The position numbers and the translations under genes were made by a program. This document shows positions 1 to 11,992 of a stretch of DNA of 64,000 bases, one piece after another. Source of the stretch: Dictyostelium discoideum (lineage: Eukaryota); contig CM000151.3 of assembly GCA_000004695.1 (NCBI GenBank), positions 3,360,001 to 3,424,000 on the forward strand, read 5' to 3'. The notes under the pieces are model-generated. The model was not told the origin of the DNA and did not search any database. It saw only the letters and a list, made by a program, of their open reading frames with translations. The first letter of the stretch is position 1, and the number at the start of each line of letters is the position of its first letter.

Positions 1-514
1 TTCAATTTTTTTAATTACACAAAGTGATACATTTACTCATTTAAGGGACCATTTTTCTTTTTATGTACTTCTTTATCTGAACCTAAAATTTTAATGAATT
101 CCCAATCTTCATTTTTATGTTCTAAAATTTCTGGGTTCATTTTTTTTTTTTTTTTTTTTTTTGTTTTCAAAACAAATTAATTATTGAAATTTCAGATTGA
201 ATATTTGTTTAAACCATCAAATAAAAAATAAAAAAATAAAAAAAAAAAAAAATTAAAAAAATGAAAATAAAAATAAAAAAAAAAAAAATTATAAAAAAAA
301 AAAAAAAAAATCTTTCTTAAATCTCGCCATTATAAATAGAAGTTCAAAATATAATTTAATTGTTTATTTTATATATTTTAGCCATTTTTGTTTTTTTTTA
401 ATTTTATTTTATTTTATTTTTATTTTTTTTTATTTTTTTTTTTTAGTTAGCACAAATTTTTTTTTTTTTTTGTAAATTTCATTGTTCATATAATTCTACA
501 ACAACAGTAAGAAA

Positions 515-3060
515 ATGGTTAGTCTTGATGAAAAATATAAATTCAAATACAGAGTAAATATTTTTTTTCTTTTTTTTTTTTTTTCTTTTTTTTTTTTAAA
601 GGGTTTGGCTCATCTGATAGAGCATTCAGAAATTTTAGAAAGATTTTTTATGAAAGATGGGAAAAAACTTATGCAGAATATAAAGAGGGTCCAGTTGGAG
701 GTGAATTCTTAATTAAAAATACAAAATTAAGATATCTTAAAAGTGAATTAATGATGAAAAAATTAGCAGTTGGTCGTACTTCTGATTTTGATTTCAATCT
801 ATTTGTTGATGTTTAGGTTAGTCATCCATGGAAAAATATACCATCAAGTCAATTAGAAAATGAAAATGAAATTATTTTAGCATGTGGTAGTCATTTTTAT
901 GAGGTATATATTCATATATACAATATAATATAAAATAATAATAATAATATTAATAATAATAATAAAATTACAAGTATTAACATATATATATATATATATA
1001 AAGGGATTTTATGATACAAATAATGATAAAGAACCAACTGAAAAATCAAGAAAATGTAATGAAGGTTGTGAACATAGTGAACAATTCAATTCATGGAATC
1101 ATTTAAAATTAGTTACACTTAAAGTTGTTGAGAGTATATTTGTATTGGATAAAACTATGAGTGTTGCAGATTGGACTAAACAACTTAATTCATGGACTGA
1201 TAATTCAGATGATTTGGAGTTGAAACCACTTTATCCACATTTAGATGAAATGGCAGAGGCGATGGTATATAAGTATCAAGCTGATGAAATGATTAAAGCA
1301 GGTAATGGGCAAGCAGCAATTCAATTCATTAGCATTGGATTATAGAGGTTTGACAGAGAATTTCATTTCTGATCTATACCTTTCAAGAGGAAAATGTTGG
1401 TTACAGTGGTGTGAAAAGGTGAAGACTAGAATGCAACAGCATTTAAATATTGCGAAATCTGATATTGAAAGATTACTTTACATTCGTCCATGCAGGGCAG
1501 AGGGGTATGCTGTGATTGCAAAGTGTTTTACACTATTGGAAAAATCAAAGAAGGCAGCCTACTTTTATAAATTAGCTTTGGATCTTGAGCCAAATAATAA
1601 AAAGTATAAGGATAGCGTCAGGTCAGTAATGGGTACAAAACAGAAATCAGCATTTACCGAGCCGATAGATTCTGATAACGTTTTACCAATATGACAAGGG
1701 CGGGTACTTTACCAGAAATGGATACTGTTAAACTTGCTGCAGAGATATCAGAGCCTGAAATTGATTTTGGTTAGTGATGCATTGATTAAAGTAAATGTAA
1801 AGCAAAGAAGGGAATACTTCGATAAGAATCCATCATTGGAATATGAACCAGCTGCACAGACAAGTAAATTCTTTTATCAAGATTTAAAAAATGCTGAGAA
1901 AATGTTAATCAAAAGTAAAGGTTTAAATGAAACGGTGTTTGCTGATGTATTCGTTGCACCCATGGGTGATTATTATCGTAGTCAAGGTAATTTATAAAAG
2001 GCAAAGCAAATGTATACAAAAGCTACAAACTTATCAATTGCAATGTCAACTGGTTATAAAATGAATACTGGTATTGGTGAAGCAAATTTAAATTTAGGTA
2101 GATTATTATTATTGAAATCATCTGAATCATCTGCCATTTCAAAAGCATTGGAGAATTTTCAAAAATCTTTGGAATATAATGATGGTGAAAATAATATAGT
2201 TCAAGCTACATTTGAATTGGGTAAATTGTATTTACAAATTGATGGTCATGGCAAAGGTATCAATGTCACTAAAAATGGTAAATTAGGTTTAACATATTTA
2301 GAGGTTGCTTCAATCAAAGGCTCAAGTAAAGCAAGTCAAATCTTGGCTAATCTCTCAAAGAAAGCCACATCTAAATGGGAAGAAAGGTAAAGGTTGATCT
2401 CGATCAAAAAGTACCATTTGTATTTGCAAACGCTCAAGAAGCAAAGGTTAAAAAGTCTGCTAGAGAAATTCAAGTGATTAAAGAGTTTCGTCAATTATTA
2501 AAAGACCATGAAAATGATAAACTCATTAGACATAAAGAGTATGGTGGCTACTCAAAGGGGTTTCCAGAGAATCCAAGAATCACAATGAAGGATTATAAAC
2601 TTGTTGCTCAGTCTTCATTTGATCAAGGTGGTACAAACCCATTGGCTGATCTAATGCCAGACATTAGAACTGTCTTTGAAAAATGTTTTTTCCAAGTACA
2701 CTCGCCGCTCAACCGTTGGTCAGAGGTGATGATATCGAATTACTCTTATGGGACGTCCAAGGTTTCCCATGTAGATTCGCTGTCGAAGGTGGTCAATGTA
2801 TCGATCCTTCAAGCTTGAAAGTTGGTGGTAAATACTCGTTTATTGCCTTTTCAACATGTCGTTCTAAATTTGATAATCAAAAAATTCACGATTGTGATTG
2901 GATCATTCAAGGCCCCACAACTCCATCGCTATGCGCAAATTGTGGTAAAATTTGCACTTCAAAATGTACAACAAACTATTGTGATCGTGATTGTCAAACT
3001 GTTGATTGGCAAAGTGATCATAAATTAATTTGTGGTTTAAAATCTTTTAAAGACAGATGA
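515..3060 (+). pseudogene. Multi-exon gene encoding a TPR/Sel1-like repeat protein with a C-terminal MYND-type zinc finger (CANCGKIC..C..C..H..C). The 5' exons have normal AT-rich introns (~552-600, ~903-1002). The 3' 1.8 kb has at least 5 frame changes and in-frame stops (TGA ~1695, TAA ~1995) with no GT..AG intron signals, so it is probably decayed or frameshifted.
   Basis: Six-frame ORFs 1145-1345, 1305-1694, 1734-1997, 2010-2390, 2375-2818 and 2683-3060 tile the region in shifting frames. Cys/His spacing at 2930-3040 matches the C-terminal half of MYND. GC content here is clearly above the local norm. Confidence 0.4.
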
Positions 3061-3342
3061 GATGAAACACCAATTAAAAATTAAATTAAATAAAAAAAAA
3101 TTAAATTAAATAATAAATATTTTTGGTTTTATTACACCGAAATTTTATTTTAACCATAAGTGGTACCAATCATAACGTAGTTGTACCATTAATGGCTTGA
3201 TTGGCAGATTTGTATACTAACTAAAATTTGTTGTTGTTTTATTAGTTTTTTATTATTTTTTAATTTTGGAAAAAAAAAAATTTTGGCGCCAAAATAATAA
3301 AAAAAAAAGAAAAAAAAAAAAATTCATTCATTCATTTTGAAA

Positions 3343-3399
3343 ATGATTGATAATGAATACAACTTTCTAAATAGAAATAATAATAATAATAATAATAAT

Positions 3400-3473
<74 letters not shown>

Positions 3474-3552
3474 CAATAAAATAATTTTCCTTTTTCAATA
3501 TAAAAATAGAAAATTAAGATTTTGCCCAATTATTTCCAAAGATGTAAATACT

Positions 3553-3594
<42 letters not shown>

Positions 3595-5349
3595 TTTTAC
3601 TCACACTCACAAAACTATTAAACAAAGGAAATAAATAATTTTTTTTTGAATATATTTAATGAAATTGAAGAAACGGTACTTGATTTTAATAGTAAAGGGG
3701 GTACCACCAAAGAATTTATTAAATTTTTTAAAGATTTAATTACTTATTTTACAAATAATAATAATAATAATAATCAATACCTTAATGTTTATAATAATAC
3801 ATTCATTAATTGCTTAATTTATAGAATTAAACATTATTTAAGACGTATGTATAATTTTAATAAAATAAAATTCATTTAATCAAATAATATTTTATTAACA
3901 TAGTAAAAAAAAAAAAAAAACAAAAAAAAGAGAATGTTTATTCTTTAGAATTTTTAATTAGTCAAAAATCAACATTATTAAATGACCAAATTAAACAATT
4001 GAATCATAGTTTTTTAATTAATTCAATTTTAGCCCAATTATTTAAAATATCAGTTTATGATAATACTACTTTTATTTTAGATGATGATAATTCAAATATA
4101 TTAGATTCAATAATTGATTCATTTTTATCAATTATCTTAATATCAATTTCAAAATTAGATTCACTTAAAAGGTAAAAAAAAAAAAAAAAAAAAAAAATCA
4201 TTATCAGATTTTTTATCGTGTATTTTATAATATTTTAATTTACTATACTAATCTTAAATAAATTAATATTTTAGAGGAGGTACAATTAATAATAATAATG
4301 TTAGTTATAAAAGTAGAAATAGTAGAAATAAAAATAAATATGATAATGATGATGATTATGAAGAAGTAGAAGAAGAAGAAGAAGAAGAAGATAACGAAGA
4401 TGATGAATATAATCTTCAAAAATTTATATTCAACTTTTTAAAATTATTTAAAAAAGATAATCAAGATAATTTAGCACCAATAACATCAACATTTTGGGAT
4501 TACTTTAATTTATATATAAATAATAAAAATAGGAATAAAAAGTTTGAATTATACAATCAATCAATAATACATTACTTGAATATTACTTTAGAGATAACTA
4601 AAGCTTTATTAAAATTTCAAAAAAATAAAGATCATCAAAACAATAATAATAATAATTATTTAATATCACCAATTTCTAAACTTTTAAATTATCAATTTGA
4701 AAATAAATTTGAAAATTGGAGTTTAATTTCAAAATTAGTTTTAAATTTCATTAAAAAAAATACTCAAATATTAATAAATCTCACCACCGCCACTACTACT
4801 ACAACTACAACTACTACAAATAATAATAATAATAGTAATAATAGTAATAAAAATTATAATAATAATTTGGAATCAATAATAAATCAATTTTCAAAAATAA
4901 TGGTAATTTTATTTAGGTATATAGAGATAACATCACCATTAATTAGTTTAGATACACTATTCGAAGAGATTTATAAATTTATAGTTTTGTTATCATTTTT
5001 ACAAGAATCAGCATCAAATCCTTCTATTAATGATACTGCACCATCTTATAATAAAATTATAGAATTATTTAAACCAGATTATTCATCACCATCATCTTTA
5101 TCTTCCTCTTCTTTTTCAGATCTCTATTTAAAATCAAATATTGAACCAGCATCATTAGATTTAATTAATACGAGTTTATTTTTATGTTTAATAAATTACT
5201 ATAAAAGAAAATTAAATTCTCCTTCTCCTTCTACCACACCACCAAAATCAAATAACAATAATAACAATAATAACAATAACAATAATATAATTCAGAAATT
5301 GATAAATATATATAATAATGAATCACCAAGTATAGTATCAACATTATTA

Positions 5350-5425
<76 letters not shown>

Positions 5426-5658
5426 GTCAAATAACACCAATCGTATATAGAATTATAACATTTAAAAGAGCATTTAACAGTTTTTCATTTGAACAAATTA
5501 AAAATCCATATGAAGAATTATATCAACAATTTAAAAAGAGTAAATTGAATTCATCTTCTGTTCAAGTCATTAAAGAATTGGATACACCAATTTCAACATT
5601 TAAATGTTGGTTTTCAAATTTAATTTCAATTGCAGTTTTATGTATTGATAGTATTGGT

Positions 5659-5736
<78 letters not shown>

Positions 5737-7287
5737 TCAATAGTAACAACAACAACAACTACAACAACAACAACAACAACTACATGTGATCAATTAAAAA
5801 GAATTATAAAATCAATGACATTATTAATTGATTTTTCAAGATCAGAAACTATACTTTTACAAGCTGGTTATTTAATATTAAATGGTATTTTCAGTGTAAT
5901 GAATTTAATGATTCAATATCTATTTTCTTTTGAAGATATTTTAATTTCATTAATTAAAGATATTACAACAATCATTGTAACAAATATTTTTGATAAAATG
6001 TATCCAAATCAAAATTTGAAATCATTATTTTCAAATATTAATAATAATAATAATAATAATAATAAAAATAATTTTAATAGAGAATTATGGTCAAAATTTA
6101 TTTTACATCAATATATTAGGTTTATAAAAAAAGATTCAAAATATTTTAATAATTTCTCATTCAATTTAGAAAGACATTTTAAATCATTTGAAAAATCAGT
6201 TCAAGAGAAATATATCGAATATATTCATTTATTAGTATCAACTTTTGTAAATAATCCAATTAATAATTTATCATTATTAAATAATCAAAATAATAATAAT
6301 AATCAAAATAATAATAGATATAAGATAGTATCAAATAATCAATCATTTTTTAATCCAATAACAGTTCAACTTTATTCAATTTATACAAAACAATCAATTA
6401 ATTTTATAAAGAGTATTGGTGATTGTTTAATTGGGAAATTTAAATTAACAACTTTACCACCAACAACAACAACAACGACAACAACTACAATTGATATTAA
6501 TCAATACTTTTTAAATATTAATATACCACCAACATTTAAAAATAATAATAATTTTCAAATTTCAAATGATTATAATATATTTTTAATATCAATTTATTGT
6601 TTTACAAAGATATTAAAAGATGAAGAATTTAATGAACATTTTTTAAAGAGATATCAAAATCAATTTATAAATATATTTATGTTGGTACTAATTGATCCAA
6701 TTTTATTATTTGAAATTGAATTACATCAAAAGTATATCGATCAATTCCTTTTACTATCAATACCGACTTCAACTTGTTTAGTATTTAAAAATCATTACCT
6801 TTTCAAGGATAATCAATTCATGTTATCAACAAATCTTTCAAAAACTTCTGAAAAAAGAAAATTAATTTTACAATTTTTAAAAAGAATTGAAAATCAATAT
6901 CAAATTGATAAACCATTACCAACTTCAAAAATTAATTTAACAATTACAACAACAACAACTTCACCCCAAAAAACTTTACCACAACAACAAAAACAACAAC
7001 AACAACAACCTTCAAAAATACCAGAATTCGATTGGTTCGATTATCAAATTAGATTTTTAAATTCATTTGAAGAAAGATCAAAAGTTTATGATTTAGAGAA
7101 TAAACATATATCAAACAGTATTTCTAAAATGTCAGTTTTAATGGCCTATGTAAATATGGTAGTTGTAATTTGTCCACATTTTATTATTGATTTAAAAGAG
7201 AGTAATAAAATTAATAATATTAATAATAATAATAATAATAATATAAATAATAATATAAATAGTAATAATACAATAAAAACTATAACA

Positions 7288-7349
<62 letters not shown>

Positions 7350-7808
7350 TCAAAAGAATTTAAATAATAATAATAATATTATTAGTAATAATAGTATTGG
7401 ATCAAAATTTATAGATTTATTTTTAAAAGATTTAGAATATAAGAATGTAAAAGATTTAAATCAATTGATTTATTCATTTGATAAAGTATTTCCAAATTAT
7501 AATTATTGGTTTTCAAAGATTTTCATTCACATATTAAAATCATTTGATCAACAAATGAATCAAAGGAAAAAGAAATCTTTTAAAAATTTATCAATTCATT
7601 TATTAAAATTTGAAAAGTTAAAATCTTTTATATTGAATGATTTATTTGGTTTTTATTTTAGTGGTAATGGTAGTGCTTGTATTCATACACAATTGGTTTT
7701 AATTAAATTTACAAAATATTTATTTAAAAATAATATAAAATATCAAGAAATTGATTTACATAATATAATTCAACATAATTTTATTTTAATTTTTAAATCA
7801 ATTTTTAT

Positions 7809-7891
<83 letters not shown>

Positions 7892-8502
7892 GTTTTATAA
7901 ATTTCAACCAAAAGTCAATATCAAGTAAAATTGAAATTTTTAAATTATTTAATTCTTTCCTTTATTGTTATTCTTCAAGATTGGATTTATTATCATTAAC
8001 AAATGAAAATGAAAATAGTAATAATAATAATAGTGATGAAAATCAAAATGATAATATAAATTTAATTATAATGAAATTAATCAAACATTTCATTAAAATT
8101 ATAATTCAAATAATTTATAATGATCCAATAAATCAAGTACAACAAAATTTAAAGGAATCTCATAATACAAGTATAAGAAATAGTTTAATTAAATTAAAAA
8201 CTTATTTCTTTCAAAGAAATACTAATAATAATAATAATAATATCATTGACTTTGAAAGATATCCAAATGAACAAACAATTATAGATAATAGGGATTCAAA
8301 AGAATTATTAGAGTCAATATTTAAATTTTTAATAACTCTTTATGATTTTGGTAATTTTGGAAGACAATTATTTTTTAAAACCTCTCAAAAAATCTCAAAA
8401 TACCTAATTTCAACACAAGCTAAAAATATTCTTACAAAAAGATATTTTATATTAATTGGTCAAATGCATTTTACCCAAAATATAATACCAATCAATTTTA
8501 TA

Positions 8503-8566
<64 letters not shown>

Positions 8567-8673
8567 GTAATAACCAAAATAATAACCAAAATAATGGTAT
8601 CATTCCCAAAGAAAAAATTGAAATGATGTATTTTAGAAGAGAGAGACTATTAAATAAATTTTTGAAAAAATAA
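3343..8673 (+). CDS. Large Asn/Thr-rich hypothetical protein of about 1680 aa. Proposed model: join(3343..3543,3628..3844,3949..4171,4275..8673).
   Basis: ATG at 3343; the ORF-track starts at 3337, 3646 and 4576 are TTG. The three donors are GTAAAT at 3544, GTATGT at 3845 and GTAAAA at 4172, and the acceptors at 3627, 3948 and 4274 keep the frame. The long ORF 4576-8673 continues upstream in frame to the 4275 acceptor. Several in-frame (AAT)n poly-Asn tracts. Confidence 0.5.
3361..3478. repeat. (AAT)n microsatellite of about 38 units, read in frame as poly-Asn in exon 1 of the 3343 gene
   Basis: Direct reading of the sequence. Confidence 0.9.
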
Positions 8674-8699
8674 AATTTAGCTTCTCCCTAATTAAAACA

Positions 8700-8935
8700 A
8701 AGTATTTTTTGTTTGTTAATTAAAATTTGTTTGTTTGTTGGTTGGTTTGTTTGATTGTTTGATTGTTTGATTGTTTGATTGTTTTTTTGATTGTTTTTTT
8801 GTTAGTTTTTTTGTTTGTTTTTTTGTTTGTTTGTTTTTTTGTTTGTTTGTTTGTTTTTTTGTTTGTTTGTTTGTTTTTTTGTTTGTTTGTTTGTTTTTTT
8901 GTTTGTTTGTTTTTTTGTTTGGAGAATCGATCCCT
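8700..8935. repeat. (GTTT)n/(GTTTGTTT) microsatellite immediately 3' of the 8673 stop and abutting the tRNA-Thr 3' end
   Basis: Direct reading: gtttgtttgtttgttttttt... repeated. Confidence 0.9.
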
Positions 8936-8961
8936 TGATCTATTTAACAGAATTTTTTAAA

Positions 8962-9033
8962 AGGCTCCTATGAGGATCGAACTCATGACCTCTTCCTTAC
9001 TAGGGAAGCGCAATACCACTATGCTAAGGAGCC
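8962..9033 (-). tRNA. tRNA-Thr (anticodon AGT, decodes ACU)
   Basis: Reverse complement GGCTCCTTAGCATAGTGGTATTGCGCTTCCCTAGTAAGGAAGAGGTCATGAGTTCGATCCTCATAGGAGCCT folds as a 72-nt cloverleaf with a 7/7 acceptor stem, a GTTCGATCC T-loop (box B) and a CTAGTAA anticodon loop. A TTTT Pol III terminator lies just downstream (plus 8951-8958). Confidence 0.85.
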
Positions 9034-9169
9034 ATTTTTGAAAAAAAAATTTCAAATAGCAATATTTCACAGATTAATCAGAATTAATTTTTCTCAATAA
9101 TAATTGTTATCCATTTTATTTTATTTATTCAAAAATTTTTGGTCATCCTTCAGACCCCTTGAAAAAGAT

Positions 9170-9850
9170 AATTAATAAATATTATTAAGAACATTGTGAA
9201 ACAATTTATATTGATAATCCAAGAGATGTTTTAGATTCAATTATTTCAGAATATAGAAAAGTAAATGGAAAAGAAGAGTGTTCAGTTATTTCAATTACAA
9301 ATGAATTTTAGCTGCAGTTGAAAATAATAGTGCTACAATGAAATGGTTTACTCTAGAGTAATGTAATCGCAAAGAATTTCAATTAAAACAATTACCAAGT
9401 GAAAATAAATTAATTAATTTATCTCACCGGCCATTGACACCTTTATTTAATGCTTCATTAAAAGAAGTATTAAGATTATACCCACCAGTAGCATTGGTGT
9501 ATCACGTTTAGTAATTGAAGAATTTACAATTGATAATGGTAAATATACATTTCTAAAAGGTGCTCAAATCATTCAATCACTTTATTCAATATTTAGAGAC
9601 GAAAAATACTGGTCATCACCAAATGAATTTATTCCAGAAAGATTCATTTATCAAAATAATTAATCAAATAATTGGTTTCCATATAGTATTGGTGTTAGAA
9701 ATTGTGTTGGTATGGGTTTCTCCCAAGATGAATTATATCTCTTATTAACCAATTTGGTCTTAAATTTCCATATTTTACCACCATTTGAAAATACTAAAAT
9801 TGATGGTACTCCAATTTTTGGTTTTTCATTTAAACCAAAACTTAGATAAT
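9170..9850 (+). pseudogene. Cytochrome P450 pseudogene, 3' fragment running from the I-helix to the heme-binding loop and C-terminus, interrupted by in-frame stops and frameshifts
   Basis: Shifted frames encode I-helix-like AAVENNSATMKWFTLE, the K-helix/PERF region KEVLRLYPPVALVYHV.., EFIPERF and the heme loop PYSIGVRNCVGMGFSQDELYL, then ..FKPKLR*. Several TAA/TAG stops interrupt it. The N-terminal half of a P450 is absent. Confidence 0.6.
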
Positions 9851-10119
9851 AAAAAATTTGATTTTTCCTTTTAGAAAATTTTTTACTATTATTTCTTATT
9901 ATGTGTTTTGCTAGAATGGCCAAAATCCAACATATCTAAGCCACCGTTTTTTATTTATTATTGGATTGTGTATTTGGTGACGAACAATCTCCAGTTTTTT
10001 TTTAATTTTTTTAAATAATGTCCATCAATTTTATCTAGATTAAGTTTTTATTTAATAAATGTTTAAAGGATTAAAAAGGAGTCGAACATATGATCCTATT
10101 AATGAAGTTGAAAAATCAT

Positions 10120-10202
10120 TGCAAGAGGCGAGATTCGAACTCGCGAACCGAATGGATGAGATCTTAAGTCACACGGATTTAACCAGACTTTCCTACCCTT
10201 GC
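10120..10202 (-). tRNA. tRNA-Leu (anticodon TAA, decodes UUA), long variable arm, 83 nt
   Basis: Reverse complement GCAAGGGTAGGAAAGTCTGGTTAAATCCGTGTGACTTAAGATCTCATCCATTCGGTTCGCGAGTTCGAATCTCGCCTCTTGCA has the acceptor stem (one G-U pair), D-arm, a CTTAAGA anticodon loop, a long extra arm and a GTTCGAATC T-loop. The anticodon stem has one mismatch. A T-run lies downstream on the minus strand. Confidence 0.8.
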
Positions 10203-10234
10203 TTTGTATGTAAGTTGTAATAAAGCTTGTTAGC

Positions 10235-10248
10235 TTTATAAATATATA
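10235..10248. repeat. 5' target-site duplication TTTATAAATATATA of the TRE5-A insertion (3' copy at 17252-17265)
   Basis: Identical 14-mer directly abutting both element ends. Confidence 0.7.
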
Positions 10249-10250
10249 TG

Positions 10251-11870
10251 GATTATTTCATTTTTCATATAAAAAAGACTTAAAAAACAAATAAATAAAT
10301 AAATAAACTATCTTAAAAAGCCATCTTTTTACTTTATTGTAATTTATTATTTGTTTCGTTTTGAGAATTTTGCGTAGCAAAATTTTCAAAAAAAAGCAAA
10401 AAATAATCAGATCGAAAAAAAACAAACAACAACAACAATCTCTTTTTTTGATTATTTCATTTTTCATATAAAAAAGACTTAAAAAACAAATAAATAAATA
10501 AATAAACTATCTTAAAAAGCCATCTTTTTACTTTATTGTAATTTATTATTTGTTTCGTTTTGAGAATTTTGCGTAGCAAAATTTTCAAAAAAAAGCAAAA
10601 AATAATCAGATCGAAAAAAAACAAACAACAACAACAATCTCTTTTTTTGATTATTTCATTTTTCATATAAAAAAGACTTAAAAAACAAATAAATAAATAA
10701 ATAAACTATCTTAAAAAGCCATCTTTTTACTTTATTGTAATTTATTATTTGTTTCGTTTTGAGAATTTTGCGTAGCAAAATTTTCAAAAAAAAGCAAAAA
10801 ATAATCAGATCGAAAAAAAACAAACAACAACAACAATCTCTTTTTTTGATTATTTCATTTTTCATATAAAAAAGACTTAAAAAACAAATAAATAAATAAA
10901 TAAACTATCTTAAAAAGCCATCTTTTTACTTTATTGTAATTTATTATTTGTTTCGTTTTGAGAATTTTGCGTAGCAAAATTTTCAAAAAAAAGCAAAAAA
11001 TAATCAGATCGAAAAAAAACAAACAACAACAACAATCTCTTTTTTTGATTATTTCATTTTTCATATAAAAAAGACTTAAAAAACAAATAAATAAATAAAT
11101 AAACTATCTTAAAAAGCCATCTTTTTACTTTATTGTAATTTATTATTTGTTTCGTTTTGAGAATTTTGCGTAGCAAAATTTTCAAAAAAAAGCAAAAAAT
11201 AATCAGATCGAAAAAAAACAAACAACAACAACAATCTCTTTTTTTGATTATTTCATTTTTCATATAAAAAAGACTTAAAAAACAAATAAATAAATAAATA
11301 AACTATCTTAAAAAGCCATCTTTTTACTTTATTGTAATTTATTATTTGTTTCGTTTTGAGAATTTTGCGTAGCAAAATTTTCAAAAAAAAGCAAAAAATA
11401 ATCAGATCGAAAAAAAACAAACAACAACAACAATCTCTTTTTTTGATTATTTCATTTTTCAAATAAGAAAGACTTAAAAAACAAATAAATAAATAAATAA
11501 AATATCTTAAAAAGCCATCTTTTTGCTTTATTGTAATTTATTATTTGTTTCGTTTTGAGAATTTTGCGTAGCAAAATTTTCAAAAAAAAGCAAAAAATAA
11601 TCAGATCGAAAAAAAACAAACAACAACAACAATCTCTTTTTTTGATTATTTCATTTTTCATATAAAAAAGACTTAAAAAACAAATAAATAAATAAATAAA
11701 CTATCTTAAAAAGCCATCTTTTTACTTTATTGTAATTTATTATTTGTTTCGTTTTGAGAATTTTGCGTAGCAAAATTTTCAAAAAAAAGCAAAAAATAAT
11801 CAGATCGAAAAAAAACAAACAACAACAACAATCTCTTTTTTTGATTATTTCATTTTTCATATAAAAAAGA

Positions 11871-11877
<7 letters not shown>
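10251..11877 (+). repeat. Tandem array of 8 complete plus one partial 199-bp TRE5-A A-modules. Copy 7 carries about 5 substitutions; the others are identical.
   Basis: The same 199-bp unit (gattatttcatttttcatataaaaaagactt...caatctctttttttt) recurs at a 199-bp period. The six-frame track shows an identical 69-aa minus-strand ORF 8 times at 199-bp spacing, with the copy at 11452-11661 differing by a few residues. Confidence 0.9.
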
Positions 11878-11916
<39 letters not shown>

Positions 11917-11992
11917 GGAACCCAAGTTAATCAGAAAATTTCCAGATTTTTAACTTTTTAAAGAAAAATATAAAAGATAGAAAGAAAATAAA

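Noticed and set aside
3337-4576. ORF-track start codons at 3337, 3646 and 4576
   Set aside because: These positions are TTG, not ATG. The real initiator is the ATG at 3343, and the other two are internal exons joined by GT..AG introns.
5231-5440. Minus-strand poly-Tyr, poly-Leu and poly-Ile ORFs (5231-5440, 7146-7349, 20718-20969, 32489-32674, 35528-35710, 57034-57219)
   Set aside because: These are antisense or alternative-frame readings of coding (AAT)n/(GAT)n microsatellites inside the plus-strand genes.
10258-11860. Eight identical 69-aa minus-strand ORFs (MKNEIIKKRDCCCC...) at a 199-bp period. A regular repeat array could be misread as a CRISPR array or a gene family.
   Set aside because: They are reading-frame artefacts of the tandem TRE5-A A-module. 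The repeats are contiguous 199-bp units with no unique spacers, in a eukaryotic genome.
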